Positions 33,588 to 43,689 of a stretch of DNA of 64,000 bases are shown one piece after another. The stretch lies in NCBI RefSeq assembly GCF_056746865.1, contig NZ_CM163382.1; one strand, given 5' to 3'. The notes beneath the pieces are model-generated. The model saw only the letters and a program-made list of their open reading frames with translations, was not told the DNA's origin and did not search any database. The translations under genes were made by a program, and so were the position numbers. Position 1 is the stretch's first letter; the number at the start of each line of letters is the position of its first letter.

Positions 33588-34328
33588 ATGCCTGTACCAA
33601 ATCCAGTAATGCCGGTGAAAGGGGCCGGGACCACACTGTGGGTTTATAAGGGGAGCGGTGACCCTTATGCGAACCCGCTTTCAGACGTTGACTGGTCGCG
33701 TCTGGCAAAAGTTAAAGACCTGACGCCCGGCGAACTGACCGCTGAGTCCTATGACGACAGCTATCTCGATGATGAAGATGCAGACTGGACTGCGACCGGG
33801 CAGGGGCAGAAATCTGCCGGAGATACCAGCTTCACGCTGGCTTGGATGCCCGGAGAGCAGGGGCAGCAGGCGCTGCTGGCGTGGTTTAATGAAGGTGATA
33901 CCCGTGCCTATAAAATCCGCTTCCCGAACGGCACGGTCGATGTGTTCCGTGGCTGGGTCAGCAGTATCGGTAAGGCGGTGACGGCGAAGGAAGTGATTAC
34001 CCGCACGGTGAAGGTCACCAATGTGGGACGTCCGTCGATGGCAGAAGATCGCAGCACGGTGACGGCGGCCACCGGCATGACGGTAACGCCAGCCAGTGCT
34101 TCCGTAGTGAAAGGGCAGAGCACCACGCTGACCGTGGCCTTCCAGCCGGAAGGGGCAACCGACAAGAGCTTCCGTGCGGTGTCTTCGGATAAAACAAAAG
34201 CCACCGTGTCGGTCAGTGGTATGACCATCACCGTGAACGGCGTTGCTGCAGGCAAGGTCAACATTCCGGTTGTATCTGGTAATGGTGAGTTTGCTGCGGT
34301 TGCAGAAATCACCGTCACCGCCAGTTAA
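33588..34328 (+). CDS. V: major tail tube protein V
   Basis: Start at [15 protein letters not shown]; recognised as lambda gpV. Confidence 0.95.
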   Translation: MPVPNPVMPVKGAGTTLWVYKGSGDPYANPLSDVDWSRLAKVKDLTPGELTAESYDDSYLDDEDADWTATGQGQKSAGDTSFTLAWMPGEQGQQALLAWFNEGDTRAYKIRFPNGTVDVFRGWVSSIGKAVTAKEVITRTVKVTNVGRPSMAEDRSTVTAATGMTVTPASASVVKGQSTTLTVAFQPEGATDKSFRAVSSDKTKATVSVSGMTITVNGVAAGKVNIPVVSGNGEFAAVAEITVTAS

Positions 34329-34343
34329 TCCGGAGAGTCAGCG

Positions 34344-34766
34344 ATGTTCCTGAAAACAGAATCATTTGAACATAACGGTGTGACCGTCACGCTTTCTGAA
34401 CTGTCAGCCCTGCAGCGTATTGAGCATCTCGCCCTGATGAAACGGCAGGCAGAACAGGCGGAGTCAGACAGCAACCGGAAGTTTACTGTGGAAGACGCCA
34501 TCAGAACCGGCGCGTTTCTGGTGGCGATGTCCCTGTGGCATAACCATCCGCAGAAGACAAAGCTGCCTTCCATGAATGAAGCCGTTAAACAGATTGAGCA
34601 GGAAGTGCTTACCACCTGGCCCACAGAGGCAATTTCTCATGCTGAAAACGTGGTGTACCGGCTGTCCGGTATGTCTGAGTTTGTGGTGAATGATGCTCCT
34701 GAACAGGCAGAGGACGCCGGGCCTGCAGAGCCTGTTTCTGCGGGAAAGTGTTCGACGGTGAGCTGA
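34344..34766 (+). CDS. G: tail assembly chaperone G
   Basis: 140-aa product recognised as lambda gpG; slippery GGGAAAG at 34742-34748. Confidence 0.95.
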   Translation: MFLKTESFEHNGVTVTLSELSALQRIEHLALMKRQAEQAESDSNRKFTVEDAIRTGAFLVAMSLWHNHPQKTKLPSMNEAVKQIEQEVLTTWPTEAISHAENVVYRLSGMSEFVVNDAPEQAEDAGPAEPVSAGKCSTVS

Positions 34767-35182
34767 GTTTTGCCCTGAAACTGGCGCGTGAGATGGGGCG
34801 ACCCGACTGGCGCGCCATGCTTGCCGGGATGTCATCCACGGAGTATGCCGACTGGCACCGCTTTTACAGTACCCATTATTTTCATGATGTTCTGCTGGAT
34901 ATGCACTTTTCCGGGCTGACGTACACCGTGCTCAGCCTGTTTTTCAGCGATCCGGAGATGCATCCGCTGGATTTCAGTCTGCTGAACCGGCGCGAGGCTG
35001 ACGAAGAGCCTGAAGATGATGTGCTGATGCAGAAAGCGGCAGGGCTTGCCGGAGGCGTTCGTTTTGGCCTGGACGGGAATGAAGTTATCCCCGCTTCCCC
35101 GGATGTGGCGGACATGACGGAGGATGACGTAATGCTGATGACAGTATCAGAAGGGATCGCAGGAGGAGTCCGGTATGGCTGA
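34748..35182 (+). CDS. T: tail assembly protein T (made as G-T fusion by -1 frameshift)
   Basis: -1 frame ORF overlapping 3' end of G, recognised as lambda gpT. Confidence 0.85.
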   Translation: MFDGELSFALKLAREMGRPDWRAMLAGMSSTEYADWHRFYSTHYFHDVLLDMHFSGLTYTVLSLFFSDPEMHPLDFSLLNRREADEEPEDDVLMQKAAGLAGGVRFGLDGNEVIPASPDVADMTEDDVMLMTVSEGIAGGVRYG

Positions 35183-37730
35183 ACCGGTAGGCGATCTGGT
35201 CGTTGATTTAAGTCTGGATGCGGCCAGATTTGACGAGCAGATGGCCAGAGTCAGGCGTCATTTTTCCGGTACGGAAAGTGATGCGAAAAAAACAGCGGCA
35301 GTCGTTGAACAGTCGATGAACCGGCAGGCGCTGGCTGCACAGAAAGCGGGAATTTCCGTCGGGCAGTATAAAGCCGCCATGCGTATGCTGCCTGCGCAGT
35401 TCACTGACGTGGCCACGCAGCTTGCAGGCGGGCAAAGTCCGTGGCTGATCCTGCTGCAACAGGGGGGGCAGGTGAAGGACTCCTTCGGCGGGATGATCCC
35501 CATGTTCCGGGGGCTTGCCGGTGCGATCACCCTGCCGATGGTGGGGGCCACCTCGCTGGCGGTGGCGACCGGAGCGCTGGCGTATGCCTGGTATCAGGGC
35601 AACTCAACCCTGTCCGATTTCAACAAAACGCTGGTCCTTTCCGGCAATCAGGCGGGACTGACGGCAGATCGTATGCTGGTCCTGTCCAGAGCCGGGCAGG
35701 CGGCAGGGCTGACGTTTAACCAGACCAGCGAGTCACTCAGCGCACTGGTTAAGGCGGGGGTAAGCGGTGAGGCTCAGATTGCGTCCATCAGCCAGAGTGT
35801 GGCGCGTTTCTCCTCTGCATCCGGCGTGGAGGTGGACAAGGTCGCTGAAGCCTTCGGGAAGCTGACCACAGACCCGACGTCGGGGCTGACGGCGATGGCA
35901 CGCCAGTTCCATAACGTGACGGCGGAGCAGATTGCGTATGTTGCTCAGTTGCAGCGTTCCGGCGATGAAGCCGGGGCATTGCAGGCGGCGAACGAGGCCG
36001 CAACGAAAGGGTTTGATGACCAGACCCGACGCCTGAAAGAGAACATGGGCACGCTGGAAACCTGGGCAGACAGGACAGCACGGGCATTCAAATCCATGTG
36101 GGATGCGGTGCTGGATATTGGTCGTCCTGATACCGCTCAGGAGATGCTGATTAAGGCAGAGGCTGCGTTTAAGAAAGCAGACGACATCTGGAATCTGCGC
36201 AAGGATGATTATTTTGTTAACGATGAAGCGCGGGCACGTTACTGGGATGATCGTGAAAAGGCCCGTCTTGCGCTTGAAGCCGCCCGAAAGAAGGCTGAGC
36301 AGCAGAGTCAACAGGACAAAAATGCGCAGCAGCAGAGCGATACCGAAGCGTCACGGCTGAAATATACCGAAGAGGCGCAGAAGGCTTACGAACGGCTGCA
36401 GACGCCGCTGGAGAAATATACCGCCCGTCAGGAAGAACTGAACAAGGCACTGAAGGACGGGAAAATTCTGCAGGCAGATTACAACACGCTGATGGCGGCG
36501 GCGAAAAAGGACTATGAAGCGACGCTGAAAAAGCCGAAAGGCGTGAAGGTGTCTGCGGGCGATCGTCAGGAAGACAGTGCTCATGCTGCCCTGCTGACGC
36601 TTCAGGCAGAACTCCGGACGCTGGAGAAGCATGCCGGAGCGAATGAGAAAATCAGCCAGCAGCGCCGGGATTTGTGGAAGGCAGAAAGTCAGTTCGCGGT
36701 ACTGGAGGAGGCGGCACAACGTCGCCAGCTGTCCGCACAGGAGAAATCCCTGCTGGCGCATAAAGACGAGACGCTGGAGTACAAACGCCAGCTGGCTGTA
36801 CTTGGCGACAAGGTCACCTATCAGGAGCACCTGAACGCGCTGGCGCAGCAGGCGGATAAGTTCGCACAGCAACAACGGGCAAAACGGGCCGCCATTGATG
36901 CAAAAAAACGGGGGCTGACTGACCGGCAGGCAGCGCGGGAAGCCACGGAACAGCGCCTGAAGGAACAGTATGGCGATAATCCGCTGGCGCTGAATAACGT
37001 CATGTCAGAGCAGAAAAAGACCTGGGCGGCTGAAGACCAGCTTCGCGGGAGCTGGATGGCAGGCCTGAAGTCCGGCTGGAGTGAGTGGGAAGAGAGCGCC
37101 ACGGACAGTATGTCGCAGGTTAAAAGTGCTGCCACGCAGACCTTTGATGGTATTGCACAGAATATGGCGGCGATGCTGACCGGCAGTGAGCAGAACTGGC
37201 GCAGCTTCACCCGTTCCGTGCTGTCCATGATGACAGAAATTCTGCTTAAGCAGGCAATGGTGGGGATTGTCGGGAGTATCGGCAGCGCCATTGGCGGGGC
37301 TGTTGGTGGCGGCGCGTCCGCGTCAGGCGGTACAGCCATTCAGGCCGCTGCGGCGAAATTCCATTTTGCAACCGGAGGATTTACGGGAACCGGCGGCAAA
37401 TATGAGCCAGCGGGGATTGTTCACCGCGGTGAATTTGTCTTCACGAAGGAGGCAACCAGCCGGATTGGCGTGGGGAATCTCTACCGGCTGATGCGCGGCT
37501 ATGCCACCGGTGGTTATGTCGGTACACCGGGCAGCATGGCGGACAGCCGGTCGCAGGCGTCCGGGAAGTTTGAGCAGAATAACCATGTGGTGATTAACAA
37601 CGACGGCACGAACGGTCAGATAGGGCCACAGGCGCTGAAGGCGGTTTATGACGTAGCCCGTAAGGCGGCAATGGATGTTGTGACCGGGCAGATGCGTGAT
37701 GGTGGTCTGTTCTCCGGAGGTGGACGATGA
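35175..37730 (+). CDS. H: tail tape-measure protein H
   Basis: 851-aa product recognised as lambda gpH. Confidence 0.95.
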   Translation: MAEPVGDLVVDLSLDAARFDEQMARVRRHFSGTESDAKKTAAVVEQSMNRQALAAQKAGISVGQYKAAMRMLPAQFTDVATQLAGGQSPWLILLQQGGQVKDSFGGMIPMFRGLAGAITLPMVGATSLAVATGALAYAWYQGNSTLSDFNKTLVLSGNQAGLTADRMLVLSRAGQAAGLTFNQTSESLSALVKAGVSGEAQIASISQSVARFSSASGVEVDKVAEAFGKLTTDPTSGLTAMARQFHNVTAEQIAYVAQLQRSGDEAGALQAANEAATKGFDDQTRRLKENMGTLETWADRTARAFKSMWDAVLDIGRPDTAQEMLIKAEAAFKKADDIWNLRKDDYFVNDEARARYWDDREKARLALEAARKKAEQQSQQDKNAQQQSDTEASRLKYTEEAQKAYERLQTPLEKYTARQEELNKALKDGKILQADYNTLMAAAKKDYEATLKKPKGVKVSAGDRQEDSAHAALLTLQAELRTLEKHAGANEKISQQRRDLWKAESQFAVLEEAAQRRQLSAQEKSLLAHKDETLEYKRQLAVLGDKVTYQEHLNALAQQADKFAQQQRAKRAAIDAKKRGLTDRQAAREATEQRLKEQYGDNPLALNNVMSEQKKTWAAEDQLRGSWMAGLKSGWSEWEESATDSMSQVKSAATQTFDGIAQNMAAMLTGSEQNWRSFTRSVLSMMTEILLKQAMVGIVGSIGSAIGGAVGGGASASGGTAIQAAAAKFHFATGGFTGTGGKYEPAGIVHRGEFVFTKEATSRIGVGNLYRLMRGYATGGYVGTPGSMADSRSQASGKFEQNNHVVINNDGTNGQIGPQALKAVYDVARKAAMDVVTGQMRDGGLFSGGGR

Positions 37731-38056
37731 AAACCTTCCGCTGGAAAGTGAAACCGGGTATGGATGTGGCTTCGACTCCTTCCGTCAGGGAGGTGCGCTT
37801 TGGTGATGGTTACTCCCAGCGCGCGCCTGCCGGGCTGAATGCCAACCTGAAAACGTACAGCGTGACGCTTTCTGTCCCCCGTTGGGAGGCCACGGCGCTG
37901 GAATCGTTTCTGGCAGAGCACGGAGGCTGGAAAGCCTTTCTGTGGACGCCGCCTTATGACTGGCGGCAGATAAAGGTGATCTGCGCAAAATGGACGTCGC
38001 GGGTCAGTATGCTGCGTGTTGAGTTCAGCGCAGAGTTTAAACAGGTGGTGAACTGA
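37727..38056 (+). CDS. M: tail tip protein M
   Basis: 109-aa product recognised as lambda gpM. Confidence 0.95.
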   Translation: MKTFRWKVKPGMDVASTPSVREVRFGDGYSQRAPAGLNANLKTYSVTLSVPRWEATALESFLAEHGGWKAFLWTPPYDWRQIKVICAKWTSRVSMLRVEFSAEFKQVVN

Positions 38057-38754
38057 TGCAGGATATCCGGCAGGAAACACTGAATGAATGCACCCGTGCG
38101 GAGCAGTCGGCCAGCGTGGTGCTCTGGGAAATCGATCTGACAGAGGTCGGTGGTGAACGTTATTTTTTCTGTAATGAGCAGAACGAAAAAGGTGAGCCGG
38201 TTACCTGGCAGGGGCGGCAGTATCTGGCGTATCCCATTCAGGGGAGTGGTTTTGAACTGAATGGCAAAGGCACCAGTACGCGCCCCACGCTGGCAGTCTC
38301 TAACCTGTACGGTATGGTCACCGGGATGGCGGAAGATCTGCAGAGTCTGGTCGGCGGAACGGTGGTCAGGCGTAAGGTTTACGCCCGTTTTCTGGATGCG
38401 GTGAACTTCGTCAACGGAAACAGTGACGCCGATCCGGAGCAGGAGGTGATCAGCCGCTGGCGCATCGAGCAGTGCAGCGAACTGAGCGCGGTCAGTGCCT
38501 CCTTTGTGTTGTCCACACCAACGGAAACGGATGGTGCTGTTTTTCCGGGGCGCATCATGCTGGCCAACACCTGCACCTGGACCTATCGCGGTGATGAGTG
38601 CGGTTATAACGGTCCGGCTGTCGCGGATGAATATGACCAGCCGACGTCCGATATCACGAAGGATAAATGCAGCAAATGCCTGAGCGGCTGTAAGTTTCGC
38701 AATAACGTCGGCAACTTTGGCGGCTTCCTTTCCATTAACAAACTTTCGCAGTAA
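38056..38754 (+). CDS. L: tail tip protein L
   Basis: 232-aa product recognised as lambda gpL. Confidence 0.95.
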   Translation: MQDIRQETLNECTRAEQSASVVLWEIDLTEVGGERYFFCNEQNEKGEPVTWQGRQYLAYPIQGSGFELNGKGTSTRPTLAVSNLYGMVTGMAEDLQSLVGGTVVRRKVYARFLDAVNFVNGNSDADPEQEVISRWRIEQCSELSAVSASFVLSTPTETDGAVFPGRIMLANTCTWTYRGDECGYNGPAVADEYDQPTSDITKDKCSKCLSGCKFRNNVGNFGGFLSINKLSQ

Positions 38755-38759
38755 ATCCC

Positions 38760-39503
38760 ATGACACAGACAGAATCAGCGATTCTGGCGCACGCCCGGCG
38801 ATGTGCGCCAGCGGAGTCGTGCGGCTTCGTGGTAAGCACGCCGGAGGGGGAAAGATATTTTCCCTGCGTGAATATCTCCGGTGAGCCGGAGGCGTATTTC
38901 CGTATGTCGCCGGAAGACTGGCTGCAGGCAGAAATGCAGGGTGAGATTGTGGCGCTGGTCCACAGCCACCCCGGTGGTCTGCCCTGGCTGAGTGAGGCCG
39001 ACCGGCGGCTGCAGGTGCAGAGTGATTTGCCGTGGTGGCTGGTCTGCCGGGGGACGATTCATAAGTTCCGCTGTGTGCCGCATCTCACCGGGCGGCGCTT
39101 TGAGCACGGTGTGACGGACTGTTACACACTGTTCCGGGATGCTTATCATCTGGCGGGGATTGAGATGCCGGACTTTTATCGTGAGGATGACTGGTGGCGT
39201 AACGGCCAGAATCTCTATCTGGATAATCTGGAGGCGACGGGGCTGTATCAGGTGCCGTTGTCAGCGGCACAGCCGGGCGATGTGCTGCTGTGCTGTTTTG
39301 GTTCATCAGTGCCGAATCACGCCGCAATTTACTGCGGCGACGGCGAGCTGCTGCACCATATTCCTGAACAACTGAGCAAACGAGAGAGGTACACCGACAA
39401 ATGGCAGCGACGCACACACTCCCTCTGGCGTCACCGGGCATGGCGCGCATCTGCCTTTACGGGGATTTACAACGATTTGGTCGCCGCATCGACCTTCGTG
39501 TGA
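38760..39503 (+). CDS. K: tail tip assembly protein K
   Basis: Product recognised as lambda gpK (MTQTESAILAHARRCAPAESCGF...). Confidence 0.9.
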   Translation: MTQTESAILAHARRCAPAESCGFVVSTPEGERYFPCVNISGEPEAYFRMSPEDWLQAEMQGEIVALVHSHPGGLPWLSEADRRLQVQSDLPWWLVCRGTIHKFRCVPHLTGRRFEHGVTDCYTLFRDAYHLAGIEMPDFYREDDWWRNGQNLYLDNLEATGLYQVPLSAAQPGDVLLCCFGSSVPNHAAIYCGDGELLHHIPEQLSKRERYTDKWQRRTHSLWRHRAWRASAFTGIYNDLVAASTFV

Positions 39504-40072
39504 AAACGGGGGCTGAAGCCATCCGGGCACTGGCCACACAGCTCCCGGCGTTTCGTCAGAAACTGAGCGACGGCTGGTATCAGGTACGGATTGCCGGGCG
39601 GGACGTCAGCACGTCCGGGTTAACGGCGCAGTTACATGAGACTCTGCCTGATGGCGCTGTGATTCATATTGTTCCCAGAGTCGCCGGGGCCAAGTCAGGT
39701 GGCGTATTCCAGATTGTCCTGGGGGCTGCCGCCATTGCCGGATCATTCTTTACCGCCGGAGCCACCCTTGCAGCATGGGGGGCAGCCATTGGGGCCGGTG
39801 GTATGACCGGCATCCTGTTTTCTCTCGGTGCCAGTATGGTGCTCGGTGGTGTGGCGCAGATGCTGGCACCGAAAGCCAGAACTCCCCGTACACAGACAAC
39901 GGATAACGGTAAGCAGAACACCTATTTCTCCTCACTGGATAACATGGTTGCCCAGGGCAATGTTCTGCCGGTTCTGTACGGTGAAATGCGCGTGGGGTCG
40001 CGGGTGGTCTCTCAGGAGATCAGCACGGCAGACGAAGGGGATGGTGGTCAGGTTGTGGTGATTGGTCGCTGA
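39401..40072 (+). CDS. I: tail tip assembly protein I
   Basis: 223-aa product recognised as lambda gpI; overlaps K 3' end. Confidence 0.95.
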   Translation: MAATHTLPLASPGMARICLYGDLQRFGRRIDLRVKTGAEAIRALATQLPAFRQKLSDGWYQVRIAGRDVSTSGLTAQLHETLPDGAVIHIVPRVAGAKSGGVFQIVLGAAAIAGSFFTAGATLAAWGAAIGAGGMTGILFSLGASMVLGGVAQMLAPKARTPRTQTTDNGKQNTYFSSLDNMVAQGNVLPVLYGEMRVGSRVVSQEISTADEGDGGQVVVIGR

Positions 40073-40131
40073 TGAAAAACGTTTATGTGAAACCGCCTCC
40101 GGGCGGTTTTGTCGTTTATGGAGCGTGAGGA

Positions 40132-43100
40132 ATGGGTAAAGGCAGCAGTAAGGGGCATACTCCGCGCGAAGCGAAGGACAACCTGAAGTCCACGCAGTTG
40201 CTGAGTGTGATCGATGCCATCAGCGAAGGGCCGGTTGAAGGTCCGGTGGATGGATTAAAAAGCGTGCTGCTGAACAGTACGCCAGTGCTGGACAGTGAGG
40301 GGAATACCAATATCTCCGGCGTCACGGTGGTGTTCCGGGCCGGTGAGCAGGAGCAGACACCGCCGGAGGGATTTGAATCCTCCGGCTCCGAGACGGTGCT
40401 GGGTACGGAAGTGAAATACGACACGCCGATCACCCGGACCATCACGTCGGCAAACATTGACCGACTGCGTTTTACCTTCGGCGTGCAGGCACTGGTGGAA
40501 ACCACCTCAAAGGGGGACAGGAATCCGTCGGAAGTCCGCCTGCTGGTTCAGATCCAGCGTAATGGTGGCTGGGTGACGGAAAAAGACATCACCATTAAGG
40601 GCAAAACCACCTCGCAGTATCTGGCCTCGGTGGTGGTGGGTAACCTGCCGCCGCGCCCGTTCAATATCCGGATGCGCAGGATGACGCCGGACAGCACCAC
40701 AGACCAGCTGCAGAACAAAACGCTCTGGTCGTCATACACCGAAATCATCGATGTGAAACAGGGCTACCCGAACACGGCACTGGTCGGCGTGCAGGTGGAT
40801 TCGGAGCAGTTCGGCAGCCAGCAGGTGAGCCGTAATTATCATCTGCGCGGGCGCATTCTGCAGGTGCCGTCGAACTATAACCCGCAGACGCGGCAATACA
40901 GCGGTATCTGGGACGGAACGTTTAAACCGGCATACAGCAACAACATGGCCTGGTGTCTGTGGGATATGCTGACCCATCCGCGCTACGGCATGGGGAAACG
41001 TCTTGGTGCGGCGGATGTGGATAAATGGGCGCTGTATGTCATCGGCCAGTACTGCGACCAGTCAGTGCCGGACGGCTTTGGCGGCACGGAGCCGCGCATC
41101 ACCTGTAATGCGTACCTGACCACACAGCGCAAGGCGTGGGATGTGCTCAGTGATTTCTGCTCGGCGATGCGCTGTATGCCGGTATGGAACGGGCAGACGC
41201 TGACGTTCGTGCAGGACCGACCATCAGATAAGGTGTGGACCTATAACCGCAGTAATGTGGTGATGCCGGATGATGGCGCGCCGTTCCGCTACAGCTTCAG
41301 CGCCCTGAAGGACCGCCATAATGCCGTTGAGGTGAACTGGATTGACCCGAATAACGGCTGGGAGACGGCGACAGAGCTTGTGGAGGACACGCAGGCCATT
41401 GCCCGTTACGGTCGTAACGTCACGAAGATGGATGCCTTTGGCTGTACCAGCCGGGGGCAGGCACATCGCGCCGGGCTGTGGCTGATTAAAACAGAACTGC
41501 TGGAAACGCAGACCGTGGACTTCAGCGTGGGCGCAGAAGGGCTTCGCCATGTGCCGGGCGATGTCATTGAAATCTGTGATGATGACTATGCCGGTATCAG
41601 CATCGGCGGGCGCGTGCTGGCGGTAAACAGCCAGACCCGGACGCTGACGCTCGACCGTGAAATCACGCTGCCATCCTCCGGTACCACGCTGATAAGCCTG
41701 GTTGACGGAAGTGGCAATCCGGTCAGCGTGGAGGTTCAGTCCGTCACCGACGGCGTGAAGGTGAAAGTGAGCCGTGTTCCTGACGGCGTTGCTGAATACA
41801 GCGTGTGGGGGCTGAAGCTGCCGACGCTGCGCCAGCGCCTGTTCCGCTGCGTGAGTATCCGTGAGAACGACGACGGCACGTATGCCATCACCGCCGTGCA
41901 GCATGTACCGGAAAAAGAAGCCATCGTGGATAACGGGGCGCACTTTGACGGCGACCAGAGCGGCACGGTGAATGGTGTCACGCCGCCAGCGGTGCAGCAC
42001 CTGACTGCCGAAGTCACCGCAGACAGCGGGGAATATCAGGTGCTGGCGCGCTGGGACACGCCGAAGGTGGTGAAGGGTGTGAGCTTTATGCTTCGCCTGA
42101 CCGTAACAGCGGATGACGGCAGTGAGCGGCTGGTCAGCACGGCCCGGACGATGGAAACCACTTACCGCTTCACACAACTGGCGCTGGGGAACTACAGGCT
42201 GACAGTCCGGGCAGTAAATGCGTGGGGGCAGCAGGGCGATCCGGCGTCGGTATCGTTCCGGATTGCCGCACCGGCAGCGCCGTCGCGGATTGAGCTGACG
42301 CCGGGCTATTTTCAGATAACCGCCACGCCGCATCTTGCGGTTTATGATCCGACGGTACAGTTTGAGTTCTGGTTCTCGGAAAAGCGGATTGCGGATATCA
42401 GGCAGGTTGAAACCACAGCACGCTATCTTGGCACGGCGCTGTACTGGATAGCCGCCAGTATCAATATCAAACCGGGCCATGATTATTACTTTTATATCCG
42501 CAGTGTGAACACCGTTGGCAAATCGGCATTCGTGGAGGCTGTCGGTCAGCCGAGTGATGATGCATCAGGCTATCTGGATTTTTTCAAAGGAGAAATCGGG
42601 AAAACACATCTGGCCCAGGAGCTGTGGACGCAGATTGATAACGGTCAGCTTGCGCCTGACCTGGCTGAAATCAGGACGTCCATTACGGATGTCAGCAATG
42701 AAATCACACAGACCGTCAATAAGAAACTGGAAGACCAGAGTGCAGCGATCCAGCAGATACAGAAAGTTCAGGTTGATACAAATAATAACCTGAACAGCAT
42801 GTGGGCTGTGAAGCTGCAGCAGATGCAGGACGGACGCCTTTATATTGCGGGTATCGGTGCCGGTATTGAGAACACCCCTGACGGCATGCAGAGTCAGGTG
42901 CTGCTGGCGGCAGACAGGATTGCGATGATTAATCCTGCGAATGGCAACACAAAACCGATGTTTGTTGGTCAGGGCGATCAGATATTCATGAACGACGTGT
43001 TCCTGAAACGCCTGACGGCCCCCACCATTACCAGCGGTGGAAATCCACCGGCATTTTCCCTGACACCGGACGGAAAGCTGACCGCTAAAAATGCGGATAT

Positions 43101-43629
43101 CAGTGGCAGTGTGAATGCGAACGCCGGGACGCTCAACAATGTCACGGTAAATGAAAACTGTACGATTAAGGGCATGCTGGAGGCGACTCAGGTCAGAGGT
43201 GACTTCGTTAAAGCTGTATCCAAATCATTCCCGAAACAGGCTGGTACGTGGGGTAATACGGAAACACCAAACGGGACGGTTACAGTCACCATCAGCGATG
43301 ATCATAACTTTGACCGTCAAATCATTATTCCGCCCATTATCTTTAACGGAATAGCGTATAGCGATCCGGGAAGTGGTAATAACCCGGGAGGTACAAGATA
43401 CACGGGTTATGGTTTTGAAGTTCGCAAAAACGGTGTATTAATCGCATCCAGAGAAACTAAAGGGGCCATTCCCGGTAGCTACAGTGCGGTTATTGATATG
43501 CCGAGTGGCAGGGGAAGCGTCACTCTGGAGTTTAAGATTTTCCAGAAAGGCAATCAGGGCGCAGGTAACATCACAGACTGTACGGTGATTGTGACCAAAA
43601 AAGCTGCTTCCGGTATCAGTATCCGTTGA
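40132..43629 (+). CDS. J: central tail fibre / host-specificity protein J
   Basis: 1165-aa product recognised as lambda gpJ-like over most of its length; C-terminal about 150 aa appears divergent. Confidence 0.9.
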   Translation: MGKGSSKGHTPREAKDNLKSTQLLSVIDAISEGPVEGPVDGLKSVLLNSTPVLDSEGNTNISGVTVVFRAGEQEQTPPEGFESSGSETVLGTEVKYDTPITRTITSANIDRLRFTFGVQALVETTSKGDRNPSEVRLLVQIQRNGGWVTEKDITIKGKTTSQYLASVVVGNLPPRPFNIRMRRMTPDSTTDQLQNKTLWSSYTEIIDVKQGYPNTALVGVQVDSEQFGSQQVSRNYHLRGRILQVPSNYNPQTRQYSGIWDGTFKPAYSNNMAWCLWDMLTHPRYGMGKRLGAADVDKWALYVIGQYCDQSVPDGFGGTEPRITCNAYLTTQRKAWDVLSDFCSAMRCMPVWNGQTLTFVQDRPSDKVWTYNRSNVVMPDDGAPFRYSFSALKDRHNAVEVNWIDPNNGWETATELVEDTQAIARYGRNVTKMDAFGCTSRGQAHRAGLWLIKTELLETQTVDFSVGAEGLRHVPGDVIEICDDDYAGISIGGRVLAVNSQTRTLTLDREITLPSSGTTLISLVDGSGNPVSVEVQSVTDGVKVKVSRVPDGVAEYSVWGLKLPTLRQRLFRCVSIRENDDGTYAITAVQHVPEKEAIVDNGAHFDGDQSGTVNGVTPPAVQHLTAEVTADSGEYQVLARWDTPKVVKGVSFMLRLTVTADDGSERLVSTARTMETTYRFTQLALGNYRLTVRAVNAWGQQGDPASVSFRIAAPAAPSRIELTPGYFQITATPHLAVYDPTVQFEFWFSEKRIADIRQVETTARYLGTALYWIAASINIKPGHDYYFYIRSVNTVGKSAFVEAVGQPSDDASGYLDFFKGEIGKTHLAQELWTQIDNGQLAPDLAEIRTSITDVSNEITQTVNKKLEDQSAAIQQIQKVQVDTNNNLNSMWAVKLQQMQDGRLYIAGIGAGIENTPDGMQSQVLLAADRIAMINPANGNTKPMFVGQGDQIFMNDVFLKRLTAPTITSGGNPPAFSLTPDGKLTAKNADISGSVNANAGTLNNVTVNENCTIKGMLEATQVRGDFVKAVSKSFPKQAGTWGNTETPNGTVTVTISDDHNFDRQIIIPPIIFNGIAYSDPGSGNNPGGTRYTGYGFEVRKNGVLIASRETKGAIPGSYSAVIDMPSGRGSVTLEFKIFQKGNQGAGNITDCTVIVTKKAASGISIR

Positions 43630-43689
43630 AATATTTATAACCCCAATACGGGCGCCAGAAATGGCGCCTTTTTTATTTGTGGAGTGAGT

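Noticed and set aside
35733-37339. Several 170-190-aa ORFs antisense to tape-measure gene H
   Set aside because: All lie within H; Cys/Arg-rich spurious frames.
37954-38766. 270-aa ORF antisense to M and L
   Set aside because: Overlaps two conserved lambda tail-tip genes on the opposite strand.
41224-42480. 418-aa ORF antisense to J
   Set aside because: Lies entirely within the well-supported J gene; Arg/Pro-rich composition typical of spurious antisense frames in GC-rich coding DNA.
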